Source of the DNA: a virus | Taxonomy: Duplodnaviria > Caudoviricetes | Virus record (IMG/VR): IMGVR_UViG_3300044262_000032 | Coordinates: 1 to 64,000 of that record | DNA length: 64,000 nt | Strand: one strand, 5' to 3' | Shown here: positions 47,271 to 54,006 of the stretch, piece after piece | Layout of the letters: each line of letters opens with the position of its first letter | Numbering within the stretch: the first letter of the stretch is position 1 | Program-made: the position numbers and the translations under genes | The notes under the pieces: model-generated | The model's input: only the letters and a program-made list of their open reading frames with translations | Database searches by the model: none | What the model was told of the DNA's origin: nothing

Positions 47271-47690
47271 TTGTGCATGACTAAACAATGCAGCAGATGC
47301 CAAACGACACGCGAGTTATCAGCATTTCCAAAGAAGCGAGAGAGCTACTCAACAGTCTGTAAAATCTGTCAACGGGCATACTCAAAAACGTACTATGAAC
47401 GGAATAAGAAGCGGGTATTAGCGAGACTCGTTACTAGTAAAAAGAAAAGAACGCTAGAGCGTAGACGTTTTATTCTAAAGATACTAGAGGCTGGCTGTAC
47501 TCGGTGTAAAGAACTAGATCCAGTGGTCCTAGAGTTTCATCATCGAGATGGCAGGCGGCAGGGCTTAGATTTACCAGTGTCGAGATTGGTCTCAGCTTCG
47601 GAGTCCAGAATTTTAGAAGAGGTTTCGAAGTGCGAGATTCTATGTGCTAACTGTCATGCTAGAGTACATAGAGCAGGATGGATGAAATAG
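47271..47690 (+). mobile_element. HNH homing endonuclease gene inside the tRNA array
   Basis: CSRC..CKIC N-terminus; GCTRC...VLEFHH...EEVSKCEILCANCHARVH. Confidence 0.85.
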
Positions 47691-47698
47691 TACCATTT

Positions 47699-47774
47699 GG
47701 GGGTGTAGCCCAACGGCAGAGGCAATGGCCTTAAACCCCATTCAGTGTTGGTTCGAATCCAACCACCCCTACCA
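47699..47774 (+). tRNA. tRNA-Leu(TAA), short variable loop
   Basis: loop CTTAAAC, variable TCAGT, A73, CCA. Confidence 0.85.
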
Positions 47775-47786
47775 AAAGGAGTCGGC

Positions 47787-48095
47787 ATGTGCGATGAAGG
47801 ATGTATCTGTAAAGGTAATTGGAGAGAGATTGTCAAGGAGATTGAACCGTTCTTTGGAAGACGCTACAAAGACGAAAATAAGAGAGAATACACTCTGTTC
47901 GGGGTAGTTCACGCAGATGATGATTACTACTACGGGCTAGTAGACACACGAGGGCGTTTAATGTTAGCATCATGTGTAGGCTCATTAGAGACTAGTGGGT
48001 TTACATTAATAGAGGGGAAGAAACAGGCCTTTACACCAGAACAAGAGTTGTTAAAGGAAATCTTTGGGGAAACAGAGGAGGAGAACGATGACTAG
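47787..48095 (+). CDS. hypothetical protein
   Basis: AAAGGAG SD. Confidence 0.6.
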   Translation: MCDEGCICKGNWREIVKEIEPFFGRRYKDENKREYTLFGVVHADDDYYYGLVDTRGRLMLASCVGSLETSGFTLIEGKKQAFTPEQELLKEIFGETEEENDD

Positions 48096-48432
48096 GAAGC
48101 CGATTATTATTGCCGCAGCAGTAGCTCTAGGTCTTGTTGTAGCCGCAACGGTCTATGCTAAGGTGATTGGGTTTGCGTGGGATGCAAACACAGAGCCCGA
48201 TCTTGCCGGCTATAAGCTCTACTGTGGCACGACCGTTGGTGGGCCGTATACATTTGTTAAGCAGATGACAGCAGCAGAACTAGCTACCTCCAATAACTTT
48301 GGTGAGGGTCGTGGCTACTGCGTTCTGACGGCGTTTGATACGGTCGGGAATGAATCGGGGTATTCGAATGAGGTGACGTTTCTCGTCGACGAAACGCCGC
48401 CGGCTGCCCCGCGTAATTTCAGACTTCAGTAA
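48088..48432 (+). CDS. secreted fibronectin type III domain protein
   Basis: signal peptide; AWDANTEPDLAGYKLY...TAFDTVGNESGYSNEV. Confidence 0.8.
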   Translation: MTRKPIIIAAAVALGLVVAATVYAKVIGFAWDANTEPDLAGYKLYCGTTVGGPYTFVKQMTAAELATSNNFGEGRGYCVLTAFDTVGNESGYSNEVTFLVDETPPAAPRNFRLQ

Positions 48433-48461
48433 TTGGGTTAAACGGTTATTTGGATATTAGG

Positions 48462-48537
48462 AGGCGTGTGATGGAACGGCAGACATACAGTGCTCAAACC
48501 ACTGGTTCTGTGGGTTCGAATCCCACCACGCCCACCA
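48462..48537 (+). tRNA. tRNA-Leu(CAA), short variable loop
   Basis: CAGTG-CTCAAAC-CACTG, A1-C72 mismatch, A73, CCA. Confidence 0.85.
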
Positions 48538-48542
48538 CTCTG

Positions 48543-48618
48543 AGCCCCGTAGCTCAGCTGGCAGAGCAGAGGACTTTGAATCCTCGTGCCGAAGGTTCGA
48601 ATCCTTCCGGGGCCGCCA
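48543..48618 (+). tRNA. tRNA-Gln(TTG)
   Basis: GAGGA-CTTTGAA-TCCTC, G73, CCA. Confidence 0.92.
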
Positions 48619-48628
48619 GTCTGACTAC

Positions 48629-48702
48629 GGGGCAATGGTGTAATGGAAACACAGGGGCCTCCAAAACCTCTGACGGGGGTTCGATTCCCTCTTGCCCTGC
48701 CA
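48629..48702 (+). tRNA. tRNA-Trp(CCA)
   Basis: loop CTCCAAA, G73, CCA. Confidence 0.9.
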
Positions 48703-48777
48703 TTCGAAAACGACGAGGTGCCCCCACGGCCTTGGTTGGGGGTTGAATGTAGGAGCCAGCGTCCTACAGCCCACATT

Positions 48778-48855
48778 GCCACCCTAGCTCAGCACGGTAG
48801 AGCGGCAGGTTGAAGCCCTGCGACGTCGGTGGTTCAAATCCATCGGGTGGCACCA
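48778..48855 (+). tRNA. tRNA-Phe(GAA)
   Basis: GCAGG-TTGAAGC-CCTGC, CCA. Confidence 0.93.
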
Positions 48856-48861
48856 TTTCAA

Positions 48862-48938
48862 GCCTCTGTAGCTCAGTAGAATAGAGCGCCTCGCTACGAA
48901 CGAGGAGGGCGTGGGTGCAATTCCTACCAGGGGCTCCA
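48862..48938 (+). tRNA. tRNA-Arg(ACG)
   Basis: CCTCG-CTACGAA-CGAGG; T-loop TGCAATT; CCA. Confidence 0.9.
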
Positions 48939-48939
48939 T

Positions 48940-49015
48940 GCTCCCGTAACTCAGCGGGTAGAGTGGCTGGCTTTTAACCAGAACGTCGGGGGTTCAAATC
49001 CCTCCGGGAGCACCA
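48940..49015 (+). tRNA. tRNA-Lys(TTT)
   Basis: loop CTTTTAA, CCA. Confidence 0.95.
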
Positions 49016-49198
49016 TATAAATAGGAGACGCAATGACACAGGAGCAGTATAGAGAGTATTTACTGGCACTAACGATTGCGTTCATTCACTCACGGGAATG
49101 TGCAAATGATTATGCGGTATTTAAGGCGAAGAAAACGCTGGATCAAATAGGGGAACTTGTAGTAGAGAGATTCTCGATGCACAAAGATTAGATGTCGT

Positions 49199-49273
49199 AG
49201 CCGGGTAGCTCAATGGCAGAGCAGCTGGTTCTGAGCCAGTAGGTTGTGGGTTCAACTCCCTCCCCGGTCGCCA
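49199..49273 (+). tRNA. tRNA-Gln(CTG)
   Basis: loop TTCTGAG, G73, CCA. Confidence 0.9.
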
Positions 49274-49274
49274 T

Positions 49275-49349
49275 GCCCCGTTAGCTCAGTAGCAGAGCGC
49301 CGCTCTTACACGGCGGGCGTCGGAGGTGCGAATCCTTCACGGGGCACCA
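49275..49349 (+). tRNA. tRNA-Val(TAC)
   Basis: loop CTTACAC; T-loop TGCGAAT; CCA. Confidence 0.92.
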
Positions 49350-49355
49350 TTTTAA

Positions 49356-49431
49356 GCCCTCGTAACTCAGAGGTCAGAGTGACCGGCTCTTACCCGGAAC
49401 GTCGCAGGTTCGACTCCTGCCGAGGGCACCA
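49356..49431 (+). tRNA. tRNA-Lys(CTT)
   Basis: loop CTCTTAC, CCA. Confidence 0.95.
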
Positions 49432-49432
49432 C

Positions 49433-49461
49433 TTGACAGTAGATGATATTTAGTTTAGATT
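49433..49461 (+). promoter_or_regulatory. sigma70-type promoter within the tRNA array
   Basis: TTGACA-17 bp-TAGATT. Confidence 0.5.
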
Positions 49462-49489
49462 GACGAAATCAACAAAAGGAGTCTAATGA

Positions 49490-49561
49490 TGCGGGGGTTC
49501 CAGCGAACAGAGATGCCTCATAAGCAACTCAAGGTGGGTGCGACTCCCATCCCCGCTACCA
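49490..49561 (+). tRNA. tRNA-Met/Ile2(CAT), atypical D-arm
   Basis: loop CTCATAA, T-loop TGCGACT, 1:72 mismatch, weak D-stem, CCA. Confidence 0.65.
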
Positions 49562-49568
49562 AGTTTAT

Positions 49569-49642
49569 GGGGGGTTCGTATAACGGGATTACGTCAGCTT
49601 TGCAAGCTGATCATCGGGGTTCGACTCCCCGACTCTCCACCA
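49569..49642 (+). tRNA. tRNA-Ala(TGC)
   Basis: G3:U70, loop TTTGCAA, CCA. Confidence 0.95.
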
Positions 49643-49645
49643 AAC

Positions 49646-49719
49646 AGCCGGGTCTTCCAACGGTAGGAAAAGCGGCCGATAACCGCTCAACCGTGGTTCA
49701 ATTCCACGCTCGGCTACCA
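49646..49719 (+). tRNA. tRNA-Ile(GAT), C33 variant
   Basis: AGCGG-CCGATAA-CCGCT, CCA. Confidence 0.88.
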
Positions 49720-49728
49720 GTTCTACAT

Positions 49729-49812
49729 GCGTCGGTGACCCGAGATAGCAAGGGGGCTAGCTACAACCTAGCTGGGCAACCACGTCGGGTGCGAGTCCCG
49801 AACGACGCTCCA
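49729..49812 (+). tRNA. class II tRNA with ACA anticodon (Cys-decoding), Tyr-like scaffold
   Basis: GCTAG-CTACAAC-CTAGC, long variable arm TGGGCAACCA, U73, CCA. Confidence 0.75.
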
Positions 49813-49819
49813 TCTTTAC

Positions 49820-49894
49820 TGCGCGGTACTCTAGCGGTAAGAGACCTCCCTGTTAAGGAGATTGTCGCAGGTTCGATCCCTGCCCGCGCAGCCA
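49820..49894 (+). tRNA. tRNA-Asn(GTT)
   Basis: loop CTGTTAA, G73, CCA. Confidence 0.93.
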
Positions 49895-49942
49895 TTTACT
49901 GCGCGAATAATAATAGATTCCCTACTAAAAATGGAGGAACTA

Positions 49943-50563
49943 ATGAACACTGCAACGTACAACGGTGATGTTCAAAACGTACTAAATAGTGAGAACACCT
50001 ACCCCTGGCGTCCATCACGTGGTGTATGGAGAGAAGTTCCAATTCCAGGTGAAGATGAAAAATTAGTTATTACCTTTAGAGGTATGCCGCAGCAGGGCGC
50101 GGAAACAAATCCAGCTGGCTATAATTCTGTGCTGAATATGGTTGATGCAAATGATCTGATCTGGCTGACGTTCGGCACGGGTCTTTCAGTGACCGTATCC
50201 CAAAGACCGGCTGGTGGGCCAAACGGAGATTACTGGGGCGATGTGTCGATGGGGCAGACTGGTGAGCCTGTGCCGGGAACGCCAGGCCTGCTGAACGATG
50301 CGTTTGGGGATATCACAGAGATATGGACTTATACACTCAACCGACCAGCGGTGGGAAACCCATCGCTAGATGTGACTGGAAGCAAGCATGGTGCGGCTGT
50401 GTGGCACTGGATGTCGCCTATCGCAAGCTATGCCGGTATGAGAATGATGATTGGGTGGTGCGCCCCCGAGACATCTATCTCTGAGCTGTTTACCCAAACA
50501 GGCGTACATCTAAGTGGATGTGTGGATGTCGAGTATCTATCAGTAGCTATTGAGTCTATTTAG
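49943..50563 (+). CDS. hypothetical protein within the tRNA array
   Basis: GGAGG SD before ATG 49943; Gly/Pro/Trp-rich. Confidence 0.7.
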   Translation: MNTATYNGDVQNVLNSENTYPWRPSRGVWREVPIPGEDEKLVITFRGMPQQGAETNPAGYNSVLNMVDANDLIWLTFGTGLSVTVSQRPAGGPNGDYWGDVSMGQTGEPVPGTPGLLNDAFGDITEIWTYTLNRPAVGNPSLDVTGSKHGAAVWHWMSPIASYAGMRMMIGWCAPETSISELFTQTGVHLSGCVDVEYLSVAIESI

Positions 50564-50587
50564 TATAAAGATAGGAGAGGTAATCTT

Positions 50588-50664
50588 GGCCCCATTGGCT
50601 AGTGGCCTAGGCCGTAGGACTTTCAATCCTACATTCGCGGGTTCGAATCCCGCTGGGGCTACCA
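50588..50664 (+). tRNA. tRNA-Glu(TTC)
   Basis: TAGGA-CTTTCAA-TCCTA, CCA. Confidence 0.95.
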
Positions 50665-50671
50665 TTTTAAC

Positions 50672-50746
50672 GGCCCCAGAGTCAGATAGCCACGACACTG
50701 CCCTGTCACGGCAGAGGACCGGGAGCGTAACCCGGTGGGGTCGCCA
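50672..50746 (+). tRNA. tRNA-Asp(GTC), atypical T-loop
   Basis: CTGCC-CTGTCAC-GGCAG; T-loop AGCGTAA; G73; CCA. Confidence 0.85.
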
Positions 50747-50795
50747 TTATCTCTTCTATAGACCACACTCGTCGAGTACAGGCGGTAGTAGTTAA

Positions 50796-50881
50796 GCTGG
50801 GGTAGCGAAGTGGTTGAACGCAGCTGCCTTGTAAGCAGCAGGGGTAACCCCACGCAGGTTCGAATCCTGTCCCCAGCTCCA
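50796..50881 (+). tRNA. tRNA-Thr(TGT) with long variable arm
   Basis: GCTGC-CTTGTAA-GCAGC, arm GGGG-TAA-CCCC, U73, CCA. Confidence 0.85.
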
Positions 50882-50888
50882 TAAACTT

Positions 50889-50967
50889 GCGGGCTTGGCC
50901 GAGTGGTTGAAGGCACTAGTCTTCCAAACTAGGATCACCGTGGGTTCGAATCCCACAGCCCGCTCCA
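50889..50967 (+). tRNA. tRNA-Gly(TCC)
   Basis: CTAGT-CTTCCAA-ACTAG, U73, CCA; Ser-like D-loop. Confidence 0.9.
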
Positions 50968-51071
50968 ATCTTAGAATCTTTTGCAAGAGACTCTAAGCGC
51001 TCATTGGGAAGGGGGAGCGAAAACGGTACCGGAACGCCGTCCCCTTTTCAAAACTTTAAAAGGAGAGCACG

Positions 51072-51305
51072 ATGACTGACACAGAACTTTTAGATTGGTT
51101 TGAAGATAAAGGTGCAATTGTATGTGCGGCCCTAATCAATGACGATAATGGGCATTGGGCTGTGTCTACAACAGGTATGCAGAATGTTATTGTCGGCGAT
51201 GGACTCGGGGATGTACAGACTACATTCTTTATCGAGGCGGCCGATTGGAAGCGCAGTGTACGCGAGGCGATCCTCGCGTTTAAGGACCAGTACGAGTCCT
51301 ATTAA
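51072..51305 (+). CDS. hypothetical protein
   Basis: AAAGGAG SD. Confidence 0.65.
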   Translation: MTDTELLDWFEDKGAIVCAALINDDNGHWAVSTTGMQNVIVGDGLGDVQTTFFIEAADWKRSVREAILAFKDQYESY

Positions 51306-51309
51306 CTTG

Positions 51310-51510
51310 GGCGATCGCGCACCCCCAGAAACTCTCGATGCTCAGATATTAGATTGGACACCTAATATTAAGAAGACGAGGAACTCGTCGCTGCCCGAAC
51401 CCGGCAAGAGCTAGAGAGGACGCGAACACTCGTAAACGGGCGACCGTGCACCCGTAAAAACAGTGATGACTCAGGCGCAGGGTTCCTGGCGGTTCTCTAC
51501 TGAGGTCGCT
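51310..51510 (+). ncRNA. candidate structured ncRNA
   Basis: closing stem GGCGATC/GGTCGCT enclosing 4-5 hairpins; no SD-led ORF. Confidence 0.4.
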
Positions 51511-51527
51511 GGACACGGACACTTTAT

Positions 51528-51614
51528 GGATGGGTCGCTCAACGGTGGAGCAGCTGTCTTGAAAACAGCCGGGCCTAACAAGTCATGGGGGTTCGAATCC
51601 CTCCCCATCCGCCA
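51528..51614 (+). tRNA. tRNA-Ser(TGA)
   Basis: GCTGT-CTTGAAA-ACAGC, long arm, G73, CCA. Confidence 0.95.
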
Positions 51615-51631
51615 ATCTAAAAGGAGACGAG

Positions 51632-51976
51632 ATGTATCCTTGTGCTAAACAGCGAGTGCTCTGTGAGATTAGGGATCTTGAGACTGGTAAGTCGTACTGG
51701 GGCGAGAATGTATGCTCTTACTATCAATACAAATGCCCACGCGGTGATATGGAGCCAGGAGTTGGCTATGAACTATGCGATAGTATGTGCGGACAGGAAG
51801 GTCACGCTGAGGAGCAGGCGCTAGAGGCAGCTGGAAAAGATCAGTGGTCGGATCCCTTTAAAAGGGCTTTAGCTCTTGTTTATGGTCAAACTAGAGTATG
51901 CGAACGCTGTAAAGATCAGTTGCAGCGCGCGGGGGTTGAGACCATAATTCTAGTTAAAGGATCGGAGGTAATTTAA
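51632..51976 (+). CDS. zinc-dependent deaminase (dCMP deaminase-like)
   Basis: CAKQRV...GEN...CPR...GHAEEQAL...VCERC. Confidence 0.75.
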   Translation: MYPCAKQRVLCEIRDLETGKSYWGENVCSYYQYKCPRGDMEPGVGYELCDSMCGQEGHAEEQALEAAGKDQWSDPFKRALALVYGQTRVCERCKDQLQRAGVETIILVKGSEVI

Positions 51977-51977
51977 G

Positions 51978-52154
51978 AGATTGGCGGAAGGCGAAAGCGG
52001 GCTAACCACCCACCCCACCAGATAGGGGAGTTAACGGGCTAGGGGCGCGCTGCCGTGGTGGCAGCAGGCATGGCGAAAGCCACGATCCGCCGAAATCCCT
52101 AGCTGAGGGCATTATAGGCAAGCCCCTCACTAAGATCAGGTCTGGCGCCAATCT
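51978..52154 (+). ncRNA. candidate structured ncRNA
   Basis: 9-bp closing stem AGATTGGCG/CGCCAATCT, GCTAGGG/CCCTAGC, GCTGCC/GGCAGC, TGGC-GAAA-GCCA. Confidence 0.5.
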
Positions 52155-52348
52155 AGTTTGAAAGGAGATTGAAATGGAAATCTGTGAGATTTGCGGTAAC
52201 TACTATAGCGAGGAGTTAGAGAGCGGTCTGTTTACTCTCTACAGTGCCAAGAATAAGATTGTTATGCACGAGCATATGTGTGGTAGTTGTGGGGAGAATA
52301 TCAGACATTACATACTAGGAATGATAGACGCTAATAGTGAGATGTGAT

Positions 52349-52423
52349 GGTGTCGCTAGTTCAACGGTAGAACCTGTGACTGTGGCTCACAGTATCGGGG
52401 TTCGATTCCCCGGCGACACACCA
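52349..52423 (+). tRNA. tRNA-His(GTG)
   Basis: TGTGA-CTGTGGC-TCACA; G at -1, A73; CCA. Confidence 0.92.
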
Positions 52424-52424
52424 T

Positions 52425-52510
52425 GCGTCGGTGAAGGGGAGTGGCATCCCTGCGGGCTGTAAACCCGCCGCCTTCGGGCACGCTAGGTTCGATTCCTAGA
52501 CGGCGCACCA
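52425..52510 (+). tRNA. tRNA-Tyr(GTA)
   Basis: GCGGG-CTGTAAA-CCCGC, arm GCC-TTCG-GGC, A73, CCA. Confidence 0.9.
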
Positions 52511-52523
52511 TTTTGGAGGAGTT

Positions 52524-52691
52524 ATGAAGCACGAGAAGGAAGTAAAGTACGGCGCAGAGGACGGATGTATCTGCGGCCATCCCGAGTATCTTCACTGGGG
52601 CAATGCCCTCGGGCACTGCAAAGCTTGCAGTTGCTGGGGGTTCAGACGCCCAGTTATACGCAGTTTATCGAAAATAGATAAACCTCAGTAA
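52524..52691 (+). CDS. small Cys/His zinc-binding hypothetical protein
   Basis: GGAGGAG SD; CICGH...H...HCKACSC. Confidence 0.6.
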   Translation: MKHEKEVKYGAEDGCICGHPEYLHWGNALGHCKACSCWGFRRPVIRSLSKIDKPQ

Positions 52692-52704
52692 ACTCAATAT
52701 AACT

Positions 52705-52781
52705 GCCCCTATAGCTCAGCGGAATAGAGCGAGTGGTTTCTACCCACGAGGTCGGGGGTTCAAATCCTCCTAGGGGCGCCA
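52705..52781 (+). tRNA. tRNA-Arg(TCT)
   Basis: loop TTTCTAC, CCA. Confidence 0.93.
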
Positions 52782-52782
52782 A

Positions 52783-52801
52783 TTTACAAGCGCTTGAAAA
52801 G
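52783..52801. repeat. dispersed palindrome, copy 7
   Basis: TTTACAAG-CG-CTTGAAAAG right after the tRNA-Arg CCA. Confidence 0.8.
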
Positions 52802-53037
52802 AGAGGGGTCATGCGTATACCTCTGATGAAGTCTTTTAAGGACTTCTCCGAGAAACCTATCGGTTTCATTGAGATTGAAAACGATGAAGTGCCAAATGAT
52901 CCACAGTTTTGCTTTGCTCTTGGCTATACGTATACAAACACGAATGGACTGCCACGAGTAGAGCCGATATGCGCGGCTATTGTAAGTGATGATGAATATA
53001 GGAAATTTCTAGATTCTGATCAGTCAAAGGTTCGCTA

Positions 53038-53113
53038 GCCCCCTTGGCCTAATAGTTAAGGCAACCGGCTCATAACCGGCAGATTGTGGGTGCGAATCCT
53101 ACAGGGGGCACCA
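53038..53113 (+). tRNA. tRNA-Met/Ile2(CAT)
   Basis: loop CTCATAA; T-loop TGCGAAT; CCA. Confidence 0.9.
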
Positions 53114-53114
53114 T

Positions 53115-53199
53115 GGAGAGGTCTCCTAATGGTATGGAAGCAGTTTGCTAAACTGCCGCCCGAAAGGGTGTGTGGGTTCGATCCCCACCCTCTCCGCCA
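53115..53199 (+). tRNA. tRNA-Ser(GCT)
   Basis: GCAGT-TTGCTAA-ACTGC, long arm, G73, CCA. Confidence 0.95.
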
Positions 53200-53203
53200 G
53201 CTA

Positions 53204-53212
53204 TGCTATAAT
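53204..53212 (+). promoter_or_regulatory. extended -10 promoter
   Basis: TGcTATAAT. Confidence 0.5.
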
Positions 53213-53243
53213 ACTGTCGAAACAACCCAAAAGGGGGTAGATC

Positions 53244-53570
53244 ATGGCAATGGCGGCACCTGTAACAGTTGATTGGGCAGTGGCACTTCCGGTTCTAGTA
53301 GCATCGTTGGCACCAACGATCACTGGCTTTCTTCAGCAGTTCTCTAAGAATGCTCTAGATAAGGCGCCGTGGTATCTCAAGAGCGTCATCACCATGGTTA
53401 TTGGGGGTCTTCTCTCAACAGTAGCCTCCTATGCTGCAAGCGGTGATGCTCTCCTAAGCGCTGCTGGGGGCGCCATTCTCGGGGCGGTGGGCTCGATGAA
53501 CATTGCTCTGCGTAAGGGCACTCGTGGCAACCTTGAGGCTTCACTACAGCCCAAGGCGCCTGTGGAGTAA
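53244..53570 (+). CDS. multi-TM membrane protein (holin candidate)
   Basis: three hydrophobic segments, charged C-terminus. Confidence 0.55.
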   Translation: MAMAAPVTVDWAVALPVLVASLAPTITGFLQQFSKNALDKAPWYLKSVITMVIGGLLSTVASYAASGDALLSAAGGAILGAVGSMNIALRKGTRGNLEASLQPKAPVE

Positions 53571-53573
53571 ACA

Positions 53574-53801
53574 GTGAGCGCGCTAGCTGATGCTCTTGCA
53601 ACCAAGAACCAAGAGCAGGTTATCGGCTCAAAGATTGAGATTCTAGTTGACTCAATAGCTGGAGCTGTCGATGTAACGTATAGTGTGCGGCTCGAAGCAC
53701 CGTCGTTCTCAGAGACAGTTCTAACGGCACAAACGGCGCAACAGGTAGCGGATGCTGTACTGGAGTATACGACATGGGCAGCAACCCTGTGGTCAGCATA
53801 A
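53574..53801 (+). CDS. hypothetical protein
   Basis: GGAG SD, GTG start. Confidence 0.5.
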   Translation: MSALADALATKNQEQVIGSKIEILVDSIAGAVDVTYSVRLEAPSFSETVLTAQTAQQVADAVLEYTTWAATLWSA

Positions 53802-53947
53802 AGCTCTACTATGATTGCCCCGTTCATGGACATTTCTCAGTAGAGAAGAAAGAGGGCGAAAAGTGGGATGACACAGCGAAATGTCCATATTGCGGAGCAA
53901 TCTCGTTTCGTAATCTGGGTATGACGTCAATCTCTGTAAGCTAAGCT

Positions 53948-53984
53948 GAGGGCACGGTCGAGTTGGGCCGTGCCCTTGGTGTTT
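53948..53984 (+). terminator. terminator-like hairpin
   Basis: GAGGGCACGGTC...GGCCGTGCCCTT then GGTGTTT. Confidence 0.5.
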
Positions 53985-54006
53985 CTACCGACCGAAAGGA
54001 GGCTGT

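Noticed and set aside
51310-51510. RNase P RNA or tmRNA
   Set aside because: GAGGAA, CAGAAA and GAACCCGGC fragments are present but not in RNase P order; no tmRNA tRNA-like ends or tag ORF
52594-52654. Miniature tRNA-like hairpin set
   Set aside because: Lies inside a convincing SD-led 55-aa zinc-motif ORF (52524-52691); no CCA or proper T-arm
46522-53199. Theta/HDV-like ribozymes in tRNA trailers
   Set aside because: Most spacers are only a few nt, and I could not build the nested double pseudoknot in the longer ones by eye; an Infernal search is needed to exclude them fully
53828-53887. Riboswitch upstream of the polymerase
   Set aside because: Only a GGACATTTC/GAAATGTCC stem with one small inner hairpin; no recognisable aptamer
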